DNA of 64,000 nucleotides from Dehalococcoidia bacterium (GTDB lineage Bacteria > Chloroflexota > Dehalococcoidia > DSTF01 > RBG-16-68-14): NCBI GenBank assembly GCA_040882355.1, contig JBBEBM010000056.1, positions 1 to 64,000 of the forward strand, written 5' to 3'. Position numbers and translations under genes: made by a program. Positions 1 to 10,891 of this stretch are shown one piece after another (the stretch's first letter is position 1; each line of letters begins with the position of its first letter). Under the pieces are notes generated by a model that saw only the letters and a program-made list of their open reading frames with translations, was not told where the DNA came from and made no database searches.

Positions 1-29
1 GCCGACACGCCTGTTATCATGCGCATGCA

Positions 30-1424
30 ATGACCCGCACGCCGCCCGTCAGCGACCTCACGACCGTATCCGCGGCGGCGCTCGCGCGGGCGATCCGCGA
101 CAAACAGGTCTCCTCGCGGGAGGCCGTGGAGGCGCACCTGCGGCGCATCGAGGCGGTCAACCCGAAGCTGAACGCCGTGGCGGTCGTCGACGGCGACCGC
201 GCGCTCTCCCGCGCCCGCGAGCTGGACGATGCGCTCGCGCGCGGTGAGAACGCCGGCCCGCTGCACGGCGTGCCCTTCACCGTGAAGGACTGGATCGAAG
301 TCGCGGGCGTGCCGTGCGCCGCCGGCATCGAAGCGCGGCGCAACTTCATTCCGAAGCACGATGCCACGGTGGTCGAGCGCATGCGTTCCGCGGGTGGCGT
401 CTTTCTCGGCAAGACGATCGATAACGCCGTGAACAGGAACGCGGTCTACGGCTCCGTCGCCAACCCCTATGACGTTTCGCGCACGCCCGGCGAGAGCAGC
501 AGCGGCGAGGCGGCCATCATCGCCGCGGGCGGCTCGCCCGTTGGCCTCGGCAGCGACTCCGGCGGCAGCCTGCGCTACCCGGCGCACTGCTGCGGCATCG
601 CCACGCTCAAGCCGACCGCCGGACGCGTGCCGCTCACCGGCCACTTCGCGCGCATCGATGTCATGAACGACCCGCGGACGCAGATCGGACCGCTCGCCCG
701 CGATGTCGACGACCTCGCGCTCGTGCTGCCGATCATCGCCGGTCCCGACGGTCGCGACGCCGGCGTCGTGCCCGTGCCGCTCGAGGACTGGACGCGAGTC
801 GACCTGCGCGGCCTGCGCGTCGCCACGTTCTCGCAGTTCGAAGCCTCAGCACATTCGGCGGCGGCCCTGGGCGTCGAAGCTCGAAAAGTCCGTGCCGGCG
901 CCATCGCCGATGCCGATACCGTCGCCGCGGTGGAACGCGCCGCGGGTGCGCTGCGCGACGCCGGCGCGTCGATCGAAGAGCGCCTGCCGCCCCGCATCGA
1001 GGAGTCGTGGGACATCACGCAGATGCACTGGCGTCGCGTGCGCTCGTACTCCTGGTCGGAGTGGCGCACGCCACAGGAGCACGTCCTCACAGCCAACGAG
1101 ATCGAGCACGGGCTGTTTGCGTGGGGCCGCCTTCAGCGCGCCTTTCTCGCGTTCATGCAGACCTACGATCTCATCGTCTGCCCGGCCGCACCGTCGGCCG
1201 CGCAGCTCCGCGCCGACGTCTCCGGCCCCGAGCCGTTCATCTACACCCTGCCGTTCAGCCTGAGCGGCCAGCCCGTCGCCGTCGTGCGCGCGGGCACGTC
1301 GCCGGAAGGGCTGCCGATCGGCGTGCAGGTCGTCGCCAGCCGCTGGCTGGACGACGTCGCGCTGGCCGCGGCCCTGCAGATCGAGACCGCCCTGGGCGGG
1401 TGGCCAGCGCCGGAATTGGCATGA
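30..1424 (+). CDS. Amidase signature (GatA/AS family) protein
   Basis: GPLHGVPFTVKD, PGESSSGEAA and GSDSGGSLRYPA motifs (Lys/cis-Ser/Ser triad); C-terminal GLPIGVQVV. Confidence 0.93.
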   Translation: MTRTPPVSDLTTVSAAALARAIRDKQVSSREAVEAHLRRIEAVNPKLNAVAVVDGDRALSRARELDDALARGENAGPLHGVPFTVKDWIEVAGVPCAAGIEARRNFIPKHDATVVERMRSAGGVFLGKTIDNAVNRNAVYGSVANPYDVSRTPGESSSGEAAIIAAGGSPVGLGSDSGGSLRYPAHCCGIATLKPTAGRVPLTGHFARIDVMNDPRTQIGPLARDVDDLALVLPIIAGPDGRDAGVVPVPLEDWTRVDLRGLRVATFSQFEASAHSAAALGVEARKVRAGAIADADTVAAVERAAGALRDAGASIEERLPPRIEESWDITQMHWRRVRSYSWSEWRTPQEHVLTANEIEHGLFAWGRLQRAFLAFMQTYDLIVCPAAPSAAQLRADVSGPEPFIYTLPFSLSGQPVAVVRAGTSPEGLPIGVQVVASRWLDDVALAAALQIETALGGWPAPELA

Positions 1425-1897
1425 GCTGCGCCTTCCACGTCGTCGATGAGCTGCGGAATGCTCGCAGCGACCTGCTCACCGCCTGCCAGGACCTCTCGGA
1501 CGCCGACCTGCGGCGACGCCCGGCGAACGGCGGCTGGGCGGTGATCGAGCTGCTCGCCCACCTGCCCGACGTCGACCGCTACTACCTCGAACAGGCGCGG
1601 CTGCTGCGCGACGTGCCCGGCCACACCTTCGTCTACTTCGACGAGGACGCGTGGGCGCGCGAGAACGCCGACGCCATCGAGCGCGACGGCCGCGCCGTGC
1701 GCCTCGCGATGGCTGGCGCCCACGAGGAGGTCGTGCGCTGGGCGCGCTCGCTGACGCCGGACGAGCTCGACCGCGCCGGCGGCCACCCGCGGCGCGAGTC
1801 GATCAGCGTGCGGGAGATGCTCCAGCGCATCGCCAACCACGACTGCACCCACACCGAACAGGTGCTGGGCATCCGGCGGGCGCTGACGGCCCAATAA
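1421..1897 (+). CDS. DinB/YfiT-like four-helix metal-dependent protein
   Basis: ATG at 1421 overlaps the amidase stop (ATGA); WAVIELLAHL and HDCTH His motifs. Confidence 0.85.
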   Translation: MSCAFHVVDELRNARSDLLTACQDLSDADLRRRPANGGWAVIELLAHLPDVDRYYLEQARLLRDVPGHTFVYFDEDAWARENADAIERDGRAVRLAMAGAHEEVVRWARSLTPDELDRAGGHPRRESISVREMLQRIANHDCTHTEQVLGIRRALTAQ

Positions 1898-1917
1898 GGC
1901 AACCGTTCGCTTCAGAA

Positions 1918-1946
1918 TTGACCGTGCGCGGGCGCCTTGCTAGGAT
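1918..1946 (+). promoter_or_regulatory. Sigma70-type promoter of the nuo operon
   Basis: TTGACC-17 bp-TAGGAT with extended -10 TG. Confidence 0.7.
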
Positions 1947-2036
1947 GGAGGCGCCCTTCGTGAAGGGCGACACAAACCCGTGGGCGCCCTGCCCGGCTAC
2001 CGGACGGACGAGCCCGAGAGACGGAGGCCGAGGCCC

Positions 2037-2402
2037 GTGCAAGTCCTGCTCGACAACTACGTTGCGGTCTTCCTGGCGACGATCATCGGCTCGATCCTCG
2101 TTGGCACGGCGCTCATCGGCACGCGCCTGCTCGCCCCTTTCTCTAGCACCCGTAACAAGGACACCACCTACGAGTGCGGCATGCTGCCCATCGGGCGCGT
2201 GCGGACGCAGGTGCACATTCGCTACTACCTGTTCGCCATCCTCTTCCTCATCTTCGATGTGGAGGCGGTCTTCCTCTTCCCCTGGGCCGTCAGCTTCGTC
2301 AACGCCGGCGCGACCGCCTTTTGGGAGATGGTCCTGTTCATCGTCATCCTGGGCGGGGGCCTGGCCTACGCCTGGAAGAAGGGGGTCCTGCAATGGAAGT
2401 AG
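2037..2402 (+). CDS. nuoA: NADH-quinone oxidoreductase subunit A
   Basis: [40 protein letters not shown] start downstream of GGAGG. Confidence 0.96.
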   Translation: MQVLLDNYVAVFLATIIGSILVGTALIGTRLLAPFSSTRNKDTTYECGMLPIGRVRTQVHIRYYLFAILFLIFDVEAVFLFPWAVSFVNAGATAFWEMVLFIVILGGGLAYAWKKGVLQWK

Positions 2403-3013
2403 CGCCGGAGTCCGGGGCCGCGACGACCGAGACAGCGGCGCCCGCCGCGCCGCCCGCGCCCATCCCGCCCGACCAGCGACCGCTGACCAGCATCGAGCGC
2501 GAGCTCGAGCTGCTCACGCCCGCCGAGGTCGACCGCGGCAAAGCGCTCTACCGCCAGGTCTTGCCGGGCATCATCCAGACGCCCGCCGAGACCGTGCTCG
2601 CCGTCGTGCGTAAGAACTCGCTCTGGCCGCTCACGTTCGGGCTCGCCTGCTGCGCGATCGAGATGATCGCGACCTACATGTCGCACCACGACCTCGACCG
2701 CTTCGGCATCGTGCCCTGGCCGTCGCCGCGGCAGGCCGACGTGATGATCGTCGCCGGCACCGTGACGAAGAAGATGGCGCCGGCCGTCAAGCTCCTCTAC
2801 GAGCAGATGCCGAACCCCAAGTGGGTGATCTCGATGGGCGCGTGCGCGACGAACGGCGGGCCGTACACCCGCTACGACCGCGTCCTCCAGGGGGTGGACA
2901 AGATCATCCCCGTCGACATCTACGTGCCGGGCTGTCCGCCGCGGCCGGAAGCGCTCATGGACGGCTTCATGGCGCTCCAGCACAAGATCATGGAGGAGCG
3001 TCACACCGTCTAA
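2393..3013 (+). CDS. nuoB: NADH-quinone oxidoreductase subunit B
   Basis: [39 protein letters not shown]. Confidence 0.97.
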   Translation: MEVAPESGAATTETAAPAAPPAPIPPDQRPLTSIERELELLTPAEVDRGKALYRQVLPGIIQTPAETVLAVVRKNSLWPLTFGLACCAIEMIATYMSHHDLDRFGIVPWPSPRQADVMIVAGTVTKKMAPAVKLLYEQMPNPKWVISMGACATNGGPYTRYDRVLQGVDKIIPVDIYVPGCPPRPEALMDGFMALQHKIMEERHTV

Positions 3014-3732
3014 TGTCGGAGCAGGAGAAGTCGCCGGAGGATTCAGGGGGCGAGGCGCCGGCCGAGGCCGGTGAGCAGAAGGCCGAAGCGCCTGCTGAAG
3101 CTCCCGCCGAAGCCCCCGCCGCCGAGGCGAAGCCTGCTCGCGCCGAAAAGGCCGCCGCCGCCCCCACGAAAGAGCCTCCGCCGCCAGGGGGCATCGCCGA
3201 CCTGCTCAAGGAAGCGCTGCCCGACATACAGATGGAGGCCTACCAGGGCCTGAGCAGCGTCATCGTCGAGATCGCCCGGGACGACATCTCGACCGTCATG
3301 CGCGCCGCCAAGGACGACCCGCGCCTCGACCTCAAGTTCCTGCGCTGCCTCTTCGGCGTCGACCACCTCGAGGAGGGCTTCGAGGTCATCTACCAGCTCC
3401 TGTCACTGACGAAGGACCACGAGGTGACGATCAAGACCCGCCTGCCGCAGGCAGACCCGAAGGTCGCCTCGGTCACGCCGGTCTGGAACGCGGCGAACTG
3501 GCACGAGCGCGAGACCCGCGACATGTTCGGCATCGATTTCGAAGGCCACCCGCACCTCGTCCCGCTGCTGCTGCCCGAGGACATGACCGACCACTTCCCG
3601 CTGCGCAAGGACAACCCGCTCGCGCCAGTGGAGGAGTGGCAGGGCGAGCTGCTGGGTGAACACATGGCGAGCGCGGGCCACATTCCAGCGGGCTCGGGGT
3701 TCGAGGTCGAAGCAGAGGCGGGAGGCGAGTGA
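3013..3732 (+). CDS. nuoC: NADH-quinone oxidoreductase subunit C (Ala/Glu/Pro-rich N-terminal extension)
   Basis: [29 protein letters not shown] overlaps the nuoB stop. Confidence 0.95.
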   Translation: MSEQEKSPEDSGGEAPAEAGEQKAEAPAEAPAEAPAAEAKPARAEKAAAAPTKEPPPPGGIADLLKEALPDIQMEAYQGLSSVIVEIARDDISTVMRAAKDDPRLDLKFLRCLFGVDHLEEGFEVIYQLLSLTKDHEVTIKTRLPQADPKVASVTPVWNAANWHERETRDMFGIDFEGHPHLVPLLLPEDMTDHFPLRKDNPLAPVEEWQGELLGEHMASAGHIPAGSGFEVEAEAGGE

Positions 3733-3733
3733 G

Positions 3734-4855
3734 ATGGTGACCGAGGAACGCGAGCTCGAAACCGTCGACCTGAACATCAACATGGGGCCGCAGCACCCCA
3801 GCACCCACGGGGTCTTTCGCATGGTGCTCACCATCGACGGCGAAGTCGTGACGGACGTCGAGCCGCACATCGGCTACATGCACCGCGGCGGCGAAAAGCT
3901 CTCCGAGAACATGGATTTCCGCCAGGCGATCGGCTACCAGGACCGCACCGACTACCTGGCTCAGTTCTTGAACGAACAGGCCTACTGCATGGCCGTCGAG
4001 AAGCTGCTGGGGCTGGAGGTGCCCGAGCGTTCGGAGTACATCCGCATCATTCTCTGCGAGCTGAACCGCATTACCAGCCACTTCATGTTCGCCGGCGCCT
4101 TCGGCATCGACCTCGGCTTCTTCGGCACCAGCTTCACCTACGGCTTCCGCGAACGGGAGTTCATCCAGGACATCTTCGAAGAGGTCTCGGGCGACCGCCT
4201 GATGTACGGCTACTTCCGGCCGGGCGGCGTCGTCTGGGATGTGCCCGACAACTTCGTCCAGCGCGTTCGCGAGGTGCTGCCGAAGAGCAAGCAGGGCATC
4301 AAGGACCTCGACCTGCTGCTCACGGACAACGAGATCTTCGTCGCCCGCTCGCGCGGCGTCGGCGTGATCAGCGGCGACGACGCAATCGACTGGGGCCTGA
4401 GCGGGCCGATGCTGCGCGCGAGCGGCGTGGCCTGGGACTTGCGCAAGGACCGCTCGTACTCGATCTACAACCGCTTCGACTTCGACATCCCGGTCGGCGA
4501 CTACGGCGACGTCTACGACCGCTACCTCGTGCGGATGGAGGAGATGCGCCAGTCGATCCGCATCGTCGAGCAGGCGCTGGAGCAGCTCCCGGACGGGCCG
4601 ATCCTGCCCGAGAAGATGCCCCGCAAGCTGCGCGCGCCCGCTTCCGAGGTCTACGCCGCCGTCGAAGGCGCGCGCGGCGAGTACGGCATCTACGTCGTCT
4701 CCAAGGGCGGCGACAAGCCCTACCGGCTGAAGATCCGCTCGCCCTCCTTCTGCAACCTGTCGGCCCTGAAGACGATGACCGTCGGCAACTACGTCGCGGA
4801 CGCCGTCGCTATCCTGGGCTCCGTCGATATCGTACTGTGTGACGTGGACCGATGA
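3734..4855 (+). CDS. nuoD: NADH-quinone oxidoreductase subunit D
   Basis: NMGPQHPSTHGVFR, IGYMHRG, GPMLRASG, C-terminal DIVLCDVDR. Confidence 0.97.
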   Translation: MVTEERELETVDLNINMGPQHPSTHGVFRMVLTIDGEVVTDVEPHIGYMHRGGEKLSENMDFRQAIGYQDRTDYLAQFLNEQAYCMAVEKLLGLEVPERSEYIRIILCELNRITSHFMFAGAFGIDLGFFGTSFTYGFREREFIQDIFEEVSGDRLMYGYFRPGGVVWDVPDNFVQRVREVLPKSKQGIKDLDLLLTDNEIFVARSRGVGVISGDDAIDWGLSGPMLRASGVAWDLRKDRSYSIYNRFDFDIPVGDYGDVYDRYLVRMEEMRQSIRIVEQALEQLPDGPILPEKMPRKLRAPASEVYAAVEGARGEYGIYVVSKGGDKPYRLKIRSPSFCNLSALKTMTVGNYVADAVAILGSVDIVLCDVDR

Positions 4856-5991
4856 GCTACACGATCTCGAACGCCTGGCTCGACGCCCTCGTTGGGATGA
4901 TCGTCATCGTGTTGCTGATGACGCTGGTCGTGCTCGCGCTCATCTACTTGGAGCGCAAGATAGCGGGCCGGATCCAGATGCGGCTCGGCCCGATGCGCGT
5001 CGGCCCGCACGGCACGCTTCAGACCCTCGCGGACGCGATCAAGCTGATCGGCAAGGAGGACCTGCGCCCGCGCAGCGCCGACCGCTGGGCCTTCGAGCTG
5101 GCGGTCTTCGCGATCTTCGTGCCGGCCTTCCTCGCGTTCGTCGCCATCCCCTTCACCCGAGAGTGGGCGGTGAGCTTCCTCGACCTCGGCCTGTTCTACG
5201 TCATCGCGGTGACAAGCCTCTCGTTCATCGGCTTCCTGATGGCCGGCTGGGGCTCCGACAACAAGTACGCGCTGCTCGGCGGCCTGCGCGCCGCCGCCCA
5301 GCTCATCAGCTACGAGGTGCCGATGGTGCTCTCGCTGGTCGCGGTCGCGATGATCACCGGCTCGCTCAACCTGAGTGAGATCGTCGAGTTCCAGGGTCGC
5401 GTGCCGCTCTTCGTCTGGCAGCCGCTCGCGCTGTTCATCTTCATCGCCGCCTCGCTCGCCGAGCTGGAGCGCCAGCCGTTCGACATCCCGACAGCCGAGT
5501 CGGAGGTCGTCGGTGGCCCGTTCATCGAGTACAGCGGCATCCGCTGGTCGATGTTCTTCCTCACGTCGTACGCGAACCTGTTCATCTACAGCCTGCTGGG
5601 CGCCGCCGTCTTCCTGGGCGGCTGGAACTGGCCCCTGGGCGAGGAGGTGGGCTGGGGCCTGCAGGTCGCGTTGATGTTCGTCAAGACCAGCTTCTTCATC
5701 GTCTTCCTGATCTGGTTCCGATTCGCCATGCCGCGGCTGCGCATCGACCAGCTCATGAGCTTCTGCTGGAAGCTGCTGATCCCGTTCGCCTTCCTCCAGA
5801 TCTTCCTGAACGGCCTCGTCCTCGTCTACGAATGGCCGGACGGGCTGCTCTTCGTCACGTCGGCGGCTGGCCTGGCGCTGCTGTCCTACATCATCTACCG
5901 CACGGTGAGCGTCGCGCCGCGCCGCGTGCGCCTGGTCCCGGCGAACCCGGGAAGGGCGACCGCGCCAGCGGCCGCCGAGGCGGGAGGCTAG
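4852..5991 (+). CDS. nuoH: NADH-quinone oxidoreductase subunit H
   Basis: ERKIAGRIQMRLGP, GLRAAAQLISYE, PFDIPTAESE, PRLRIDQLM. Confidence 0.97.
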   Translation: MSYTISNAWLDALVGMIVIVLLMTLVVLALIYLERKIAGRIQMRLGPMRVGPHGTLQTLADAIKLIGKEDLRPRSADRWAFELAVFAIFVPAFLAFVAIPFTREWAVSFLDLGLFYVIAVTSLSFIGFLMAGWGSDNKYALLGGLRAAAQLISYEVPMVLSLVAVAMITGSLNLSEIVEFQGRVPLFVWQPLALFIFIAASLAELERQPFDIPTAESEVVGGPFIEYSGIRWSMFFLTSYANLFIYSLLGAAVFLGGWNWPLGEEVGWGLQVALMFVKTSFFIVFLIWFRFAMPRLRIDQLMSFCWKLLIPFAFLQIFLNGLVLVYEWPDGLLFVTSAAGLALLSYIIYRTVSVAPRRVRLVPANPGRATAPAAAEAGG

Positions 5992-5993
5992 CG

Positions 5994-6458
5994 ATGATCG
6001 GCATCCTGAAGAGCCTCTACGTCACGTTCTCGGCGACGCTGCGCAAGCCGGTGACGATCCAGTACCCCACCGAGCACCGCGAAGTGCCCCAGCGCGACCG
6101 CGCCTTCCCCATCCTGCTCTGGGACAAGGAGATCGACGAGCCGTTCTGCACCGGTTGCCACGCCTGCGAGCGCGCCTGCCCGGTCGAGTGCATGACGGTC
6201 ACGATGCGCGACAACCCGAAGCACGCCGACGGCACGAGCAAGCGGCGCAAGATCATCGACCAGTTCTGGATCGACTACGGCCGCTGCATGCGCTGCAACA
6301 TCTGCGTCGAGGTCTGCAACTTCGAGGCGATCTCGATGAACAACACCTGGGCCGGCCACGAGCTGTCCCGCTTCGACCGGAACGACCTGGTGATCGACCT
6401 GGACCAGCTCCTGTCCCAGCACAAAAAGGGCCAGATCCAGGAGTGGGTCGCGGACTAG
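5994..6458 (+). CDS. nuoI: NADH-quinone oxidoreductase subunit I (2x[4Fe-4S])
   Basis: TIQYP, CTGCHACERACP and CMRCNICVEVC; position after nuoH. Confidence 0.95.
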   Translation: MIGILKSLYVTFSATLRKPVTIQYPTEHREVPQRDRAFPILLWDKEIDEPFCTGCHACERACPVECMTVTMRDNPKHADGTSKRRKIIDQFWIDYGRCMRCNICVEVCNFEAISMNNTWAGHELSRFDRNDLVIDLDQLLSQHKKGQIQEWVAD

Positions 6459-6636
6459 GGGAAGGCGCCAGCGCAGCTTGCCTCAGGGCCGCCTCGCAGG
6501 GTGGCTCGTTTCATTGCGAAGCGTTGGAACGGCGTACCTCTAGCCGGTCCGACGAACCCGCAGTCCGGCGCTCCTAAGCCTACTTGTCCGTACTTTCACG
6601 ATGCTTTAACGTACCTTCGGAGCCGGGACGGCCCGT

Positions 6637-7134
6637 ATGACCGTAACACAGTTCTTCTTCTATCTGATTGCCGCGCTCGCGGTAGCCGGCGGCCTGGGCG
6701 TCGTGCTTGCTCGAAGCACCGTCTACGCCGCCCTCTTCTTGATCCTCGCGCTCCTCGCCGTTGCCGGCGTCTACATCTTGCTCGCGTCCGAGTTCCTGGC
6801 GCTCGTCCAGGTGCTGATCTACGGCGGCGCGGTCACCGTCCTGCTGCTCTTCGCTCTGATGCTCACTCGCACCGGCGACCTGCCGGAGGCGATGACGGGC
6901 GCTCAGTGGCCCGTCGCGGCCTTCACGTCCGCGGTGCTGATGGGGCTGCTCATCGCCGCCGGCGCGACGAGCGACTGGCCAGGCGACACCGGCAACATCG
7001 CCATCATTCCGTTCGAGACCGTCGGCGACGCCCTCTTCGGCCAGTGGGCGGTCCCATTCGAGATCGCTTCGCTCGTGCTGCTCGTGGCCCTGATCGGAGC
7101 GATCGTCCTCGCGCGACAGGAGGAGGGGGAGTAG
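6637..7134 (+). CDS. nuoJ: NADH-quinone oxidoreductase subunit J
   Basis: EFLALVQVLIYGGAVTVLLLFALML, PFEIASLVLLVALIGAIVL. Confidence 0.96.
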   Translation: MTVTQFFFYLIAALAVAGGLGVVLARSTVYAALFLILALLAVAGVYILLASEFLALVQVLIYGGAVTVLLLFALMLTRTGDLPEAMTGAQWPVAAFTSAVLMGLLIAAGATSDWPGDTGNIAIIPFETVGDALFGQWAVPFEIASLVLLVALIGAIVLARQEEGE

Positions 7135-7461
7135 GTGGAGACCGCCGCGCAGCAGGTCCCCCTGGAGCACTTCCTCGTCCTCAGCGCAATTCTCTTCTCG
7201 CTCGGCGTCTACGGCGTCCTGACCCGGCGCAACGCCGTGCTCATCCTGATGTCAGTCGAGCTGATGCTGAACGCCGCGAGCATCAACATGGTCGCCTTCG
7301 CCGCCTACACGGCGCCGCAGGCCTTCACTGGCATCATCTTCGCCGTGTTCATCATCACCGTGGCCGCCGCCGAAGTCGGACTGGCGCTGGCGATCATCCT
7401 GCGCATCTTCCGCAACCGCCAGACGGCCAACGTCGACGAGCTGGACCAGCTCAAATGGTAG
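7135..7461 (+). CDS. nuoK: NADH-quinone oxidoreductase subunit K
   Basis: RRNAVLILMSVELMLNA, AAAEVGLALAI. Confidence 0.96.
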   Translation: METAAQQVPLEHFLVLSAILFSLGVYGVLTRRNAVLILMSVELMLNAASINMVAFAAYTAPQAFTGIIFAVFIITVAAAEVGLALAIILRIFRNRQTANVDELDQLKW

Positions 7462-7471
7462 GAGCAGCCGC

Positions 7472-9370
7472 ATGGGCATGACCGACGCCTGGCTGCTGCC
7501 CGTGATCCCCGCCGGCGCCTTCGTCGCGCTGACGTTCCTGGGGCCGTGGCTGCCGCGCCGGGGGGATTGGCTCGCCATCCTGGCGATGGCCGCGACGTTC
7601 CTCCTGGTCTGGCCGATCACCGCGGACCTCACGGATGCCCTCGCCACCGAGGGCGCCGAGTTCGCCGGCGTGGCGAACAGCATCCCGTGGCTGGAGGTGC
7701 CGGGCAACCTGGAGCTGCGCCTGGGCGTCTACGTCGACCCGATCACGGTCGTGATGCTCATCGTGGTGAGCTTTGTCGCGCTGCTGGTGCAGATCTACTC
7801 GCTCGGCTACATGCACGGCGACTCGCGATACGGCTGGTTCTACGCGGTGCTCTCGCTCTTCGCCGCGTCGATGCTCGCGCTGGTGCTGGCCGACAACTTC
7901 CTGCTGCTCTACTTCGCCTGGGAGCTGGTGGGCCTCTGCTCCTACCTGCTCATCGGCCACTACAACCACCTGCGTTCGGCTGCCGAGGCGGCGAAGAAGG
8001 CGTTCATCACGACGCGCATCGGCGACGTCGGGTTGCTCATCGGCATCATCCTCCTTTTCACCGACACTGGCACCTTCGATATCCAACAGGTGATCGCCGC
8101 CGCCGAAGAGGGCACGATCCGGACCGAGGTGCTCACGGCCTCCGTCGTGCTGATCTTCATGGGCGCGATGGGCAAGTCGGCGCAGTTCCCGCTCCACGTC
8201 TGGCTGCCCGACGCGATGGAAGGCCCCACGCCCGTCTCCGCGCTGATCCACGCCGCGACGATGGTCGTCGCCGGGGTCTACCTGGTCGCGCGTACGCTGC
8301 CGCTCTTCGAGCTGGTCGCGGGCGCGTCCGAGCTCGTGCTCGCCGTCGGCCTGCTGACGACTATGATGTCGGCGACGATGGGTCTCGTCGTCACCGACAT
8401 CAAGCGCGTGATCGCCTACTCGACGATCAACAGCCTTGGGCTGATGTTCGTCGCGCTCGGCCTGGGCCACCCGGCCGCGGCGATGCTCTATCTGTTCGTG
8501 CACGCCTTCTTCAAGGCGCTGCTCTTCCTGGGCGCCGGCTCGGTGATCCACGCAACCGAGTGTCAGGAGGTCTCGCAGCTCGGCGGCCTCCTATCGAAGA
8601 TGTCGATCACCGCGCCGATGTTCCTCATCGGCGCCCTAGCGATGGCGGGCGTCCCGCTCCTCTCGGGCTTCTGGGCGAAGGACGAGATCCTCACCGGCGC
8701 GCTCGAAAACCGCGCGGTCTTCTCGATCCTGCTGCTCTCGCTACCGCTGACCGCGATGTACATGACGCGCGTCTACATCCTCACCTTCCTCGGCGAGCCG
8801 CGGGACAAGGAAGCGTACGAACACGCCCACGAGGGGCCAGCGACGATGTGGGTGCCGCTGCTCGTGCTTGGCTTCCTCTCGTTCTTCGCAGGTCTCATCG
8901 TGTTCGACCCGATCGGACGCATGCTCGGCTTCCCGGGCGGCATCGGCGAGGTGATCTTCCTGCTCGAGCCGGAGCCACTCGACTTCGATTGGTACGTCGC
9001 GTTTGGCTCGACCGCGCTCGTGCTGTTGGGCATCGGCGCGGGCTGGTACGCCTGGGCCGTGCGCACGGACCTGCCGCAGCGCGCCCAGCAGCGCCTGCCG
9101 AGGCTGCACGCGCTGTTCGCGAACAAGTACTACCTGGACGACATCTACCAGGGCATCATCGATAACGTCGTGCTGGCCGGCGCGCGCGTGCTCGCCTGGT
9201 TCGACCGTAACGTGGTGAACGACACAGGCGTCGACGGCGCAGCCTACGCGACCGGCTTCATGGGCTACCTGCTCAAGTTCCAGCAGACCGGCAAGCTGCC
9301 GAACTACGCGCTTGGCATCGTCGTCGGCGTCGTCGCGCTGACGGTGGTGGCGTTCGCCGTGAAAGGATAG
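7472..9370 (+). CDS. nuoL: NADH-quinone oxidoreductase subunit L
   Basis: WELVGLCSYLLIG, GKSAQFPLHVWLPDAMEGPTPVSALIHAATMV, HAFFKALLFL. Confidence 0.97.
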   Translation: MGMTDAWLLPVIPAGAFVALTFLGPWLPRRGDWLAILAMAATFLLVWPITADLTDALATEGAEFAGVANSIPWLEVPGNLELRLGVYVDPITVVMLIVVSFVALLVQIYSLGYMHGDSRYGWFYAVLSLFAASMLALVLADNFLLLYFAWELVGLCSYLLIGHYNHLRSAAEAAKKAFITTRIGDVGLLIGIILLFTDTGTFDIQQVIAAAEEGTIRTEVLTASVVLIFMGAMGKSAQFPLHVWLPDAMEGPTPVSALIHAATMVVAGVYLVARTLPLFELVAGASELVLAVGLLTTMMSATMGLVVTDIKRVIAYSTINSLGLMFVALGLGHPAAAMLYLFVHAFFKALLFLGAGSVIHATECQEVSQLGGLLSKMSITAPMFLIGALAMAGVPLLSGFWAKDEILTGALENRAVFSILLLSLPLTAMYMTRVYILTFLGEPRDKEAYEHAHEGPATMWVPLLVLGFLSFFAGLIVFDPIGRMLGFPGGIGEVIFLLEPEPLDFDWYVAFGSTALVLLGIGAGWYAWAVRTDLPQRAQQRLPRLHALFANKYYLDDIYQGIIDNVVLAGARVLAWFDRNVVNDTGVDGAAYATGFMGYLLKFQQTGKLPNYALGIVVGVVALTVVAFAVKG

Positions 9371-9379
9371 CGAGAGGCG

Positions 9380-10885
9380 ATGCAATCGGGGTACGTGCTG
9401 CTGGCCACCATCGCCGTGCCGCTCTTCGCGGCGCTGGCGCTGGTCTTCGTGCCGGCTCGAATGGCCAACGTGGTCCGCATCATCGCGGTGGTTGCCGGCT
9501 TCGCGCTCTTCGGGCTCTCGCTCTACATCTTCTTCGCCTATCAGGTCGGCGACGGCGACCAGTACCAGTTTCAGATGCGCTGGAACTGGATCGAGAACAC
9601 CGGCTTCCTGGGTGAGCGCGGCATCACCCTCCACCTGGGCATCGACGGCATCGCCGCGCCGATGGTGCTGCTGACGGGCATCGTCACGTTCGCCGGCACG
9701 CTGATCTCGTGGAAGATCGACTACCGGAACAGGGACTTCTTCATCCTCTTCATGCTGTTGGTGGCGGGCGTCTTCGGCGTGTTCGTCTCGCTCGACCTCT
9801 TCTTCTGGTTCTTCTTCTACGAGCTGGCCGTGCTCCCGATGTACCTCCTCATCGGCGTCTGGGGTGCGAGCAGCACCTTCCCCACGTTCTCGCGCACGAA
9901 GGAGTACAGCGCCCTCAAGCTGACGATGTACCTCGTCGCGGCGAGCGTACCGATCTTCGTCGGCATCTTCGCCGTCTTCGTCGAAGCGGACATCGGCACG
10001 TTCGATCTGGTGTCGCTGCATGAGGCGCAGTACGACCCGAACTTCCAGAAGGTGGTCTTCCCGCTGTTCGTCATCGGCTGCGGCGTGCTGGCCGGCCTCT
10101 GGCCGTTCCACACCTGGTCGCCCGACGGCCACGTCGCCGCGCCGACGGCCGTGAGCATGCTCCACGCCGGCGTGCTGATGAAGCTGGGCGCGTTCGGCAT
10201 TATCCGCCTCGGCATGCAGCTCCTGCCGGTTGGCGCCGAGTTCTGGATGCCGATGCTGATCACGCTCGGCACGATCAACGTCATCTACGGGGCGATCTCC
10301 GCCACCGCCCAGACCGACTTCAAGTACATGGTGGGTTACTCCAGCGTCAGCCACATGGGCTACGTGCTGATGGGCCTCGCGACGATGAACCCGATCGGTG
10401 TGAACGGCGCCGTCCTTCAGATGTTCTCGCACGGCGTGATGACGGCCCTCATGTTCGCCATGGTGGGCGCGCTCTACGACCAGGCCCACGTGCGTCAGAT
10501 GTCGGTCTTCGGCGGGCTGGCGCAGCGCATGCCGCGGTTCGTCACGTTCTTCGCGATCGCGGGGCTCGCGTCGCTTGGCCTGCCCGGCCTCTCGGGCTTC
10601 GTCGCGGAGTTCAACGTCTTCGTCGGTACGTTCCAGACGTACCCTGCGTTGGGCGCGCTGGGCATCCTGGGCGCAGCGATCACCGCCGTCTACATCTTGC
10701 GCATGCTCGCGCTCGCCTTCTTCGGGCCGCCGAACGAACGCTGGGCGGACTTGAAGGAGATGACCACCCTGGAGACCGTCGGCGGCGCGATCTTGATCGC
10801 GTTCATGCTGCTCATGGGCGTCTTCCCCAGCCCGTTTGTCGACCGCATCGCGGAGTCCGTGCTGCAGATCCCGGGCGTTGGATGA
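9380..10885 (+). CDS. nuoM: NADH-quinone oxidoreductase subunit M
   Basis: PFHTWSPDGHVAAPT, LMKLG, YSSVSHMG, LGLPGLSGFVAEF. Confidence 0.97.
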   Translation: MQSGYVLLATIAVPLFAALALVFVPARMANVVRIIAVVAGFALFGLSLYIFFAYQVGDGDQYQFQMRWNWIENTGFLGERGITLHLGIDGIAAPMVLLTGIVTFAGTLISWKIDYRNRDFFILFMLLVAGVFGVFVSLDLFFWFFFYELAVLPMYLLIGVWGASSTFPTFSRTKEYSALKLTMYLVAASVPIFVGIFAVFVEADIGTFDLVSLHEAQYDPNFQKVVFPLFVIGCGVLAGLWPFHTWSPDGHVAAPTAVSMLHAGVLMKLGAFGIIRLGMQLLPVGAEFWMPMLITLGTINVIYGAISATAQTDFKYMVGYSSVSHMGYVLMGLATMNPIGVNGAVLQMFSHGVMTALMFAMVGALYDQAHVRQMSVFGGLAQRMPRFVTFFAIAGLASLGLPGLSGFVAEFNVFVGTFQTYPALGALGILGAAITAVYILRMLALAFFGPPNERWADLKEMTTLETVGGAILIAFMLLMGVFPSPFVDRIAESVLQIPGVG

Positions 10886-10891
10886 TGACCG

